A stretch of DNA of 10,516 nt from an uncultured bacterium (GTDB lineage Bacteria > Hydrothermota > UBA3073 > NMUJ01). Positions 1 to 6,748 of the stretch are shown here, piece after piece. The stretch lies in NCBI GenBank assembly GCA_965612795.1, contig CBFDTI010000044.1:1-10516 (forward strand), given 5' to 3'. Made by a program: the position numbers and the translations under genes. A model generated the notes under the pieces. That model did not search any database. It was not told the origin of the DNA and was given only the letters and a program-made list of their open reading frames with translations. Each line of letters opens with the position of its first letter. Positions within the stretch are counted from its first letter, which is position 1.

Positions 1-1226
1 TAGATTTTGACCCCCTTTCTACCAAGTATTGCACCATGATCTGTGGTTAGAAATATTGCATAACCGCGGCTATGTAACCCACGTATGAAGTTTAGCAGCA
101 TAGATTTCGAAAACCACAACGCACTTAGGTCACGTAATCCCTTGATATCCTGGACGACCTCATACAATAACCCCTGTTTAGGACGATGTACAAGTAGATC
201 GATAAGATTGACCACTACTACAATCAGTGGGTAACGTTTGTAGTTGTCCAAAATATCGGGTAATACCTCTGCATCTTCGCTCTTGATAATCTTGACAAAT
301 GCTACATTTTTTGTGCCACCCCATCTTTTCAAGAATGCAGGTCGCTCACACTCATTGTTACGCCATGCATCAGGATATTTCTTCACGAAATCGAGTGGAA
401 ATTCACCTGAAAATATCGCATTACGTGCAAACGGTGTAGCTGTTGGTAATATCGAGTAGTAAGCGGATTCGTCTATATGATACATAGGGGTGAGCTCCTT
501 CTTGATTGCCCACCATATGTCAAACCTCATACAATCTATCAACAGAAACAGCACACGTTTGTGTTCGCACAAAAATGGTAGTAGCTCTTCTTTCACAACA
601 TATGGCGATAGGAGTGGACCTGTACCTTCGATCCAATCCTTGTAGTGTTGTTCTACATATTGTGAAAAGTGCTTCTCAACTTTTTCCCAAAGCCCATCGT
701 GTAACTCATGGAACCCTGGTATATCGATACTTATGTCCCACTTCAATAACGATTTGTAGATGTTAATCCATCCCTCAGGCGTGATATCACCTCTATTTAA
801 ACATTCCATCACGTTATTGTAAAATTTTGTATACTCTTTGGGTAATTCCTTTTCCACAAGTTGTGGCTGTTCCAGTATCTGTTTAACAACCGCATAGAGT
901 TGTGCAAACTTTATCGGCTTTATGACAAACCCTGCTACCTTCTTGGAGAGCGTTTCGGTTATGAAGTCGGCATCCTCCACCTTTGTGACCATAACCACCG
1001 GTACATCTATACCGAGTGCATGCATATCATTGAGTACAGCTAACCCATCTTTACCTGGCATAATTTCGTCCAACAACACCAGATCGATATGATCATTAAG
1101 TAAAATTTCTATCCCTTTGTCACCACTTGCGGCGGGTATCACGTGGTAACCAGCATTTTCGAGTAACTTTATGAGAGGTTCCAGCGTAACAATCTCGTCG
1201 TCTATCCACAGTATGCGGGGTTTCAT
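1..1226 (-). CDS. porX: PorX-like response regulator with N-terminal receiver (REC) domain and C-terminal PglZ (alkaline-phosphatase superfamily) phosphodiesterase domain; 3' end truncated by window edge
   Basis: Hand translation from ATG at 1226 (not in ORF track), open to the window edge (408 codons): MKPRILWIDDEIVTLEPL...DLVLLDEIMPGKDGL...PVVMVTK...FVIKP (REC), then FLLIDCMRFD, YSILPTATPFARNAIFSG, VNLIDLLVH, FLTTDHG, matching PorX-family PglZ motifs (IDNxR, SILPTATxYARNAIFSG, NFVDMMSH, TTDHG). ATG overlaps the kinase TGA (ATGA, 1223-1226). Confidence 0.9.
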   Translation of the reverse strand, partial: MKPRILWIDDEIVTLEPLIKLLENAGYHVIPAASGDKGIEILLNDHIDLVLLDEIMPGKDGLAVLNDMHALGIDVPVVMVTKVEDADFITETLSKKVAGFVIKPIKFAQLYAVVKQILEQPQLVEKELPKEYTKFYNNVMECLNRGDITPEGWINIYKSLLKWDISIDIPGFHELHDGLWEKVEKHFSQYVEQHYKDWIEGTGPLLSPYVVKEELLPFLCEHKRVLFLLIDCMRFDIWWAIKKELTPMYHIDESAYYSILPTATPFARNAIFSGEFPLDFVKKYPDAWRNNECERPAFLKRWGGTKNVAFVKIIKSEDAEVLPDILDNYKRYPLIVVVVNLIDLLVHRPKQGLLYEVVQDIKGLRDLSALWFSKSMLLNFIRGLHSRGYAIFLTTDHGAILGRKGVKI

Positions 1227-2293
1227 CTCACAGGTAATAATATCTGAAAAATAGTTCTTTTGTCACGCATCAACTTTATGTTACCGCCATGCATTTCGAC
1301 GATACGTTTGACAAAAGATAAGCCTAACCCCCATCCATAATGTTTGGTAGTGAAGCCTGGCACAAAGATGAGCCCACGATGTTCGGGTTTGATACCTTTG
1401 CCGTTGTCGGATACTTCAATGATCACCTTATCGTCTTTTGTACATGCTACAATGTCGACTATAGTAGCACCAGCATCCACAGCGTTACGAAGGAGGTTTT
1501 CGAACATCCACGAAAGTAACTCGCTATCACCTTCGAGCTTAATATGGGGTACGTCCACATTTAGTGTTACACGATCCGATAGCCGCGGCTTCAGGTATCC
1601 AACGGTGTGGTCGATCACGTTACGTAGGTCGATGGATTCAAACTTAATTGGTGACCCTATCTTTTGAAATCTGTTAGCTATCTTATGGAGACGCTCGATA
1701 TCTTCACCCATCTTCTCACGTATATGAGCATCCTTTACGAACTCAACCCATGCAGCTAACGACGATAGTGGGGTACCTAACTGGTGTGCGGTCTCCTTAG
1801 CCATGCCAAGCCATAGATGTTCCTTTTCGCGCTCCTCAACGAGATGAAACCAGTATATACCTATAGCTATAAGTACCAGTGTAGCCACCATCTGTATGTA
1901 AGGCGCTATCCGTAGCAGACGTTCGAGTCGTGACGCTCCATAATACACATAGGCGAGCGTTTTACCATGATAGCTGAGCACTATCGGGGTGGTCCTACGG
2001 CGTAACTTATCCAATACACGTGCAGGGTCATCCCTTATGTTATTGTACGCTATTATCTCACCTCTCTCGTCCGTCACTATTACAGGGAAGTCTATCTTCT
2101 GGACAATTTCCTCAAAAAATATGTTAACAAGTTGTTCCTCCTCCGGCAACTGTATAAACCTACCGTATAGGCGTGAAATTATTCGTGACTTGTCCTCAAG
2201 CGCACGTGCCAGGTATTGTGAAAAAAGTAACACCCCTGCCAGTAATGCAATGAGCGTCACAAACACATATATCTTTACTTTGCGACGCCACAT
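1223..2293 (-). CDS. Membrane-bound sensor histidine kinase (PorY-like; two TM helices, small extracytoplasmic sensor, HisKA + HATPase_c)
   Basis: H-box WLGMAKETAHQLGTPLSSL, N-box FENLLRNAVDA, G1 DNGKGI, F-box IFVPGFTTK, G2 GWGLGLS; hydrophobic segments near residues 8-28 and 128-148. The KETAHQ(L/I)GTP H-box resembles FCB-group PorY-type kinases as I recall them; that assignment is less certain than the kinase call. Confidence 0.93.
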   Translation of the reverse strand: MWRRKVKIYVFVTLIALLAGVLLFSQYLARALEDKSRIISRLYGRFIQLPEEEQLVNIFFEEIVQKIDFPVIVTDERGEIIAYNNIRDDPARVLDKLRRRTTPIVLSYHGKTLAYVYYGASRLERLLRIAPYIQMVATLVLIAIGIYWFHLVEEREKEHLWLGMAKETAHQLGTPLSSLAAWVEFVKDAHIREKMGEDIERLHKIANRFQKIGSPIKFESIDLRNVIDHTVGYLKPRLSDRVTLNVDVPHIKLEGDSELLSWMFENLLRNAVDAGATIVDIVACTKDDKVIIEVSDNGKGIKPEHRGLIFVPGFTTKHYGWGLGLSFVKRIVEMHGGNIKLMRDKRTIFQILLPVR

Positions 2294-2715
2294 AGTACAT
2301 CAACGAGACGCGTCCAGATGCTGTTACCTTCAGGTATGAGGCGGACAATGAGGTTACGTCCTTTGCCGTAAAATCCGGCACGTACTTTGGCACGTACGAA
2401 ACCTGCGACTGGCGATTTTGTAGATGGTGTAAAATCTATGAGGAGATCGACCTCCAACTTACGTAGTGCACTACGTAACCTCATATATGCGGAAGTTAAG
2501 GGGAACAACCTTTCAGGGTATGTAACGATATGGTCGAACATCTGTTTATCCACCACCTTATGTGTCACAGGTATTATTGCAACAAAGAAGCTATCCTTAT
2601 AGTAACTACGTAAGGTAGCTACCGCCTCTAACATGTTAGTATCTACCTTCAGCGGAAATACCACCGCTATACTGCGCGGGTTACGAAGAATCTTAGTGAA
2701 AGCTATGGTCTTCAT
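2275..2715 (-). CDS. Hypothetical protein resembling the N-terminal Rossmann domain of glycosyltransferase family 9 (heptosyltransferase-like), single domain only
   Basis: 146-aa ORF overlapping both neighbours; pattern LEAVATLRSYY...FDHIV...LRKLEVDLLIDF...S...AKVRAGF resembles GT9 N-domain (LR..Y/P, FDLVIDL, A..RIGF). No C-terminal donor-binding domain. Confidence 0.55.
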   Translation of the reverse strand: MKTIAFTKILRNPRSIAVVFPLKVDTNMLEAVATLRSYYKDSFFVAIIPVTHKVVDKQMFDHIVTYPERLFPLTSAYMRLRSALRKLEVDLLIDFTPSTKSPVAGFVRAKVRAGFYGKGRNLIVRLIPEGNSIWTRLVDVLCGVAK

Positions 2716-3040
2716 ATATTACAATGCCGATGGCTAAGTTACCTTCATGTGATACACTTAAACTGCCTGTTATCGCTTTACCTCTATGTAACAGCTTTGG
2801 CTTACCGGTTGTGTCAGCAAGTATCTCAATACTACGCCATGGAATGTAGCGACCAGCTGCTTTAATGAAGGCTTCTTTAAGTGCAAACCTACCCGCTAGA
2901 TACTCGATGGGTTGACCACGTCGATACCATTCTTCAAGTTCACGCTCGGAGTAGATAAGGTTAAGAAACTTTTCACCATAACGCTCGTATAAGCTACGTA
3001 TACGAGATGTATCGACGAGATCAATACCTACACTTATCAT
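2693..3040 (-). CDS. acpS: Holo-[acyl-carrier-protein] synthase (4'-phosphopantetheinyl transferase)
   Basis: MISVGIDLVD...RI...YLAGRFALKEAFIKA...GKP...SVSHE motifs. Start revised to ATG at 3040 (ATGA overlap with upstream stop 3037-3039), giving 115 aa, instead of 3061. Confidence 0.95.
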   Translation of the reverse strand: MISVGIDLVDTSRIRSLYERYGEKFLNLIYSERELEEWYRRGQPIEYLAGRFALKEAFIKAAGRYIPWRSIEILADTTGKPKLLHRGKAITGSLSVSHEGNLAIGIVIYEDHSFH

Positions 3041-3537
3041 GAGGTTACAAGTGCACTCCACTTCTTGGCAAGTTCGTCACGTCGTGGTTTGTAGATGGTT
3101 TCGTAAAAATAGCGTTGTGAAAGTAAGACTCCCTTGTCGTATTGTTTACATATGTTGAGCGCTTCCTGCCAAGCGAGGTCGAATTTGTCACCAAACCTAC
3201 GTTCGACTTGACGTCTGAAATCGTCTTCGGTTTGCACCTCACCACCGATTACAAAATACTTGCGCCCCTCTATCTCTACCATGTATGACATTTCATCACC
3301 TAACTGAAATATTTGGAAAGTGCGTTTGATCTGATCCAATTTCTCACGTGGTATACGCAATTTCTCGAGCCGCAACTCAGGTGGTGGACCCTTTTTCTTG
3401 AACCCACGTTTGGCAGCTGCATAGAATATGGCACGATTGAGGCCAAAACTCTTAGCAGATTCGATCGGCAACCCCAACAGATGTGCACGTGCAGCTTGAA
3501 GTACTGCCATCACCTGAAACCTACCTATGGGGCCCAT
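3037..3537 (-). CDS. Conserved-looking hypothetical protein (basic, helical, 166 aa)
   Basis: ATG at 3537 overlaps nrdD stop (TGATG; alternative GTG at 3540) and its stop overlaps the acpS start. Low-redundancy, motif-like blocks GRFQVMAVLQAARA..LG....AKSFGLNRAIFYAAAKRG and LLSQRYFYETIYKPRRDEL...W. Confidence 0.8.
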   Translation of the reverse strand: MGPIGRFQVMAVLQAARAHLLGLPIESAKSFGLNRAIFYAAAKRGFKKKGPPPELRLEKLRIPREKLDQIKRTFQIFQLGDEMSYMVEIEGRKYFVIGGEVQTEDDFRRQVERRFGDKFDLAWQEALNICKQYDKGVLLSQRYFYETIYKPRRDELAKKWSALVTS

Positions 3538-5600
3538 CACACTCTAAACGGTAGACGTTGACGAAACTCTTCCTGTTTGCCGGCATTCCAATTACGTACC
3601 GGACGTAGGTAGCCGACAACACGTGAATAGATTTCGGTCTCCTTCGCACATATGGGACATAGTTCGTGCTTACCTGGTATATAGCCATGATCTGGGCATA
3701 TCGAAAACGTAGGTGTAACCGTAAAATATGGTACACGAAATCTATGTGCTAACCGCTTTATGAGCTCTTTGAGTGCATGGTGGTCACGGATCTCCTCACC
3801 CAAGTATATGTGTAGTACAGTACCACCGGTGTATTTGCATTGTAGTGGTTCTTGGAGTTCGAATGCTTCAAACACATCGTCAGTGTAATTGACCGGCAGT
3901 TGTGTAGAATTCGTATAGTATGGTATATCTTTACCAGCGGTTATAATGTTGGGGAAGAACTGTTTATCCAAGCGTGCCAACCTATAGGATGTACCCTCTG
4001 CGGGTGTAGCCTCTAAGTTATAGAGGTTGCCGGTCTCCTGTTGAAACTGACGTAACTTGTCGAGCATGAAATCCATCACCTTAAGTGCGAAGCTGCGCCC
4101 TTCAGGTGTACCGATATCTTTACCCATGAAGTTGAGCAGCGCTTCGTTCATACCCACCAACCCTATTGTTGAGAAGTGGTTACGTAAGGTACCAAGGTAA
4201 CGCTTAGTGTAGGGTAGTAAGCCACGCTGTATGTTGCGTTCTACTAATTTGCGCTTAATTTCAAGTGATGTACGTGCAAGCTCCATGAGGTCCGATAACC
4301 TTGACAGGAATTCCTCTTCATCTCTTGCTAAGTAACCTATGCGGGGCATGTTGATTGTTACGACACCTATCGAACCGGTGGAGTCACTCGATCCAAATAT
4401 ACCGCCGGTGACGTTACGACGTAGTTCGGCAAGGTCGAGCCGCAGATGGCAACACATGCTACGTATATCTTCAGGGTCGAGCTCGCTGTTGATGAAATTC
4501 GAAAAGTACGGTATACCATATTTGCCAGTCATCTTGAATAACAGATCTGCTATCTCGCTGTCCCAATCAAACTCCTCTGTAAGATTATAAGTAGGTATAG
4601 GGAATGTGAACACACGACCGTTGCGATCACCTTCCAGCATCAGCTCTATGAAGGCTTTGTTGATCATATCCATCTCTTTCTGGAATTCACCGTAATAACC
4701 GAAAGATGAGTGGTACTCGCCATCGATGGTGACGGGTTCATCTCGTAGCCCTTTGGGAGGTGTGAGATCAAACGTTAAGTTAACGAATGGGGTTTGCCCA
4801 CCCCATCTGGATGCTACGTTGATAGAGAAGATGAAACTCTGCAATGCTTGCTTGACTTCATTGTAGGTAAGTTTGTCTTTACGTACAAAGGGTGCAAGAT
4901 AAGTATCGAATGAGTTGAACGCCATTGCACCTGCCCATTCGTTCTGTAATGTGCCGAGGAAGTTGACCATCTGGCCGAGTGCGGTATCGAAGTGGCGTGG
5001 AGGTGCGGACTCTACCTTTCTTGGTACACCATTGAACCCTTCATGTAGCAATTGACGTAGGTTCCAACCTGCACAGTAGCCAACAATGCCCATCTGCAGA
5101 TCATGTATGTGGAAATCACCCCGTATGTGGGCTTTGGCAACTTCTGGCGGGTATACGGTTGTAAGCGTGTAGTGGGTGATAACAGTACCGCTCGCATGTA
5201 GCATGAGCCCAGGAAATGAATAGTCGATATTACTATTTTCGTGTACACGCCAGTCACTACGTGTGAGGTAACCTTCGATAACTTTCTCCACATCCATGAG
5301 TAGGCTACGCATATCGCGTAGACGTTTACGTTGGTCACGATATAGTATGTAAGCTTTGGCGGTACGGGCGTGACCACGTTCGATTAGCACTTTTTCGACA
5401 ATATCTTGAATATCTTCGACGTTAGGTATACGGTCACGGAAGGTTTCTTCAAGTATGGCGACAACCTCATCCGCAAGCTCCTCGGCAAGCTGGCGGTCAC
5501 GACCACCAACTGCACGTGCTGCCTTGTATATGGCTTCTACAATACGTTCTTTGTCGAATGGGACGACTCGACCGTCCCTCTTTTCCACGTATTTGATCAT
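3537..5600 (-). CDS. nrdD: Anaerobic (class III) ribonucleoside-triphosphate reductase, catalytic subunit with N-terminal ATP-cone
   Basis: ATP-cone VEKRDGRVVPFDKERI...VEDIQDIVEKVL; HIHDL...YC; RWGGQTPFVN; FTFPIPT; finger loop RSMCCHLRLD; TGSIGVVTINMPR; YNLEATPAE; metal-binding CPDHG...CPIC; glycyl-radical motif YSRVVGYLRPV. AGGAGG Shine-Dalgarno at 5605-5610. Confidence 0.97.
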   Translation of the reverse strand: MIKYVEKRDGRVVPFDKERIVEAIYKAARAVGGRDRQLAEELADEVVAILEETFRDRIPNVEDIQDIVEKVLIERGHARTAKAYILYRDQRKRLRDMRSLLMDVEKVIEGYLTRSDWRVHENSNIDYSFPGLMLHASGTVITHYTLTTVYPPEVAKAHIRGDFHIHDLQMGIVGYCAGWNLRQLLHEGFNGVPRKVESAPPRHFDTALGQMVNFLGTLQNEWAGAMAFNSFDTYLAPFVRKDKLTYNEVKQALQSFIFSINVASRWGGQTPFVNLTFDLTPPKGLRDEPVTIDGEYHSSFGYYGEFQKEMDMINKAFIELMLEGDRNGRVFTFPIPTYNLTEEFDWDSEIADLLFKMTGKYGIPYFSNFINSELDPEDIRSMCCHLRLDLAELRRNVTGGIFGSSDSTGSIGVVTINMPRIGYLARDEEEFLSRLSDLMELARTSLEIKRKLVERNIQRGLLPYTKRYLGTLRNHFSTIGLVGMNEALLNFMGKDIGTPEGRSFALKVMDFMLDKLRQFQQETGNLYNLEATPAEGTSYRLARLDKQFFPNIITAGKDIPYYTNSTQLPVNYTDDVFEAFELQEPLQCKYTGGTVLHIYLGEEIRDHHALKELIKRLAHRFRVPYFTVTPTFSICPDHGYIPGKHELCPICAKETEIYSRVVGYLRPVRNWNAGKQEEFRQRLPFRV

Positions 5601-5604
5601 GATG

Positions 5605-5610
5605 CCTCCT
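5605..5610 (-). promoter_or_regulatory. Shine-Dalgarno site for nrdD
   Basis: Plus-strand cctcct = AGGAGG on the minus strand, 4 nt upstream of the nrdD ATG. Confidence 0.8.
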
Positions 5611-5660
5611 TCAAATAAGCCGACTTTTATTTAAAATAATCCAATGAAAGGCATCAACAA

Positions 5661-5672
5661 CCCGTGAACGGG
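5661..5672. repeat. Short inverted repeat CCCGT-GA-ACGGG in the divergent promoter region (possible operator or hairpin)
   Basis: Perfect 5-bp arms with a 2-nt spacer, ending 2 nt before the TTGACA at 5675. The repeat is seen directly; its function is unknown. Confidence 0.5.
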
Positions 5673-5674
5673 CT

Positions 5675-5707
5675 TTGACAATCCATCCTTTACGGTAATA
5701 ATCTAAC
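5675..5707 (+). promoter_or_regulatory. Putative sigma70-type promoter for a leaderless transcript of the dehydrogenase operon
   Basis: Perfect TTGACA 5675-5680, AT-rich TAATAAT 5696-5702, ATG at 5708 with no Shine-Dalgarno. Confidence 0.65.
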
Positions 5708-6748
5708 ATGCAGGTCGCAGTTATAGGGTGTGGCCGTCAGGGGGCGGTTATCGCAAATAAGCTACTCGAATACGGGTATGAAGTGACAGCGGTAGATGTA
5801 GATATAAGGAATTTGCGTAGGTTTAAAGGGAAGTCTAAGCTATTACTCGATGTAAAAGACACGGATAGGTTGAAGGAATTTCTAAAGGGCTACGAATTTG
5901 CAGTAGATGCAGTGCCGGCACGATTGGGGCTACATGTTATGCAAGCTGCCATAGAAGCTGGTACGAATCTGGTCGATATATCATTTACTGCAGGGGAGGT
6001 GCTTGATCTACAAGCTGCAACACTGAGTGCAGGTATAACCATAATACCGGATTGTGGGGTGGCACCGGGGTTATCTAATATGTTCGCAGGTAATGCATGT
6101 GTTAGGTTAGCGGGTGTCCACACTATTAAAATCTATGTGGGTGGGGTGCCGATTGATTGTAAAGCTTACAACCTATGTGTTAACTTCTGTCCAGAGGATA
6201 TGCTCGAGGAGTACAAACGTCCTGTACGTATAAAGGTGGACGGCAAAATAAAGCAGGTAGCACCGCTGTCGGGACTGGAAGAGATAGAGTTTACCACCGG
6301 TGAATACGAATGTTTCTACACCGATGGGTTACGTACGATGTTACATACGTTGGATGTTAGAAACCTATTCGAGAAGACGGTTAGATGCAAAGGACATGTT
6401 GGGTGGATCAAAACCATGTCAGAGGATGAATTACTGCAGGTGTTAAGGAGGTATGCAAGTATGGATATAGAGGATGTGGTGGTGTTGCGTGTGCTGGGTA
6501 TTGGGGTGGACAAAACCATTGTATACTCGATGGTGGATTTCTACGATAAACAGCATGGGATTACTGCCATGGCACGTACCACTGGCTACACTGCAGCGAT
6601 AGTGGCAAAGCTGTTGATAGACGGAGAAATACAGATGAAAGGTGTGGTACCACCAGAGCGGGTTGGTATGGATGAACATCTATTCGATACGCTATTGATG
6701 GAGCTATCACGCTGTGGGATTGATGTAAATGTAGAGATAATAGGGTGA
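5708..6748 (+). CDS. Saccharopine dehydrogenase-family oxidoreductase (L-lysine 6-dehydrogenase-like)
   Basis: N-terminal Rossmann VAVIGCGRQG...AVD; VDISF; PDCGVAPGLSN; IYVGGVP; YTDGLRT; EKTVR..GH; TAMARTTGY; GVVPPE. Confidence 0.88.
   Translation: MQVAVIGCGRQGAVIANKLLEYGYEVTAVDVDIRNLRRFKGKSKLLLDVKDTDRLKEFLKGYEFAVDAVPARLGLHVMQAAIEAGTNLVDISFTAGEVLDLQAATLSAGITIIPDCGVAPGLSNMFAGNACVRLAGVHTIKIYVGGVPIDCKAYNLCVNFCPEDMLEEYKRPVRIKVDGKIKQVAPLSGLEEIEFTTGEYECFYTDGLRTMLHTLDVRNLFEKTVRCKGHVGWIKTMSEDELLQVLRRYASMDIEDVVVLRVLGIGVDKTIVYSMVDFYDKQHGITAMARTTGYTAAIVAKLLIDGEIQMKGVVPPERVGMDEHLFDTLLMELSRCGIDVNVEIIG

Noticed and set aside
244..1043. Short plus-strand ORFs (244-459, 506-766, 861-1043)
   Set aside because: Antisense shadows of the PorX-like gene, with no recognisable motifs.
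1..1226. PglZ domain as evidence of a BREX anti-phage system
   Set aside because: The domain is fused to a receiver domain and paired with a histidine kinase (PorX architecture); no brxC, pglX or brxL genes are in the window.
1202..2554. DnaA-box-like words (CTATCCACA at 1202, TTATCCACC at 2546)
   Set aside because: Isolated, imperfect and inside coding sequence.
3041..3061. Extended acpS N-terminus (MECTCNL)
   Set aside because: AcpS family starts at MIxxGID; the ATG at 3040 gives a standard ATGA overlap.
4440..4460. Intein or intron in nrdD near the finger-loop cysteines
   Set aside because: The ORF is continuous and of normal length (687 aa), with no intein or homing-endonuclease motifs.
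1344..5618. Other short ORFs overlapping the minus-strand genes (e.g. 1344-1667, 1989-2339, 3313-3561, 3521-3736, 4339-4590, 5012-5377, 5406-5618)
   Set aside because: Antisense or alternate-frame shadows of well-supported genes, with no family motifs.
5601..5707. Replication origin or riboswitch at the G/C skew switch
   Set aside because: The skew change coincides with the change of coding strand; there are no DnaA-box clusters and no room for a structured leader.
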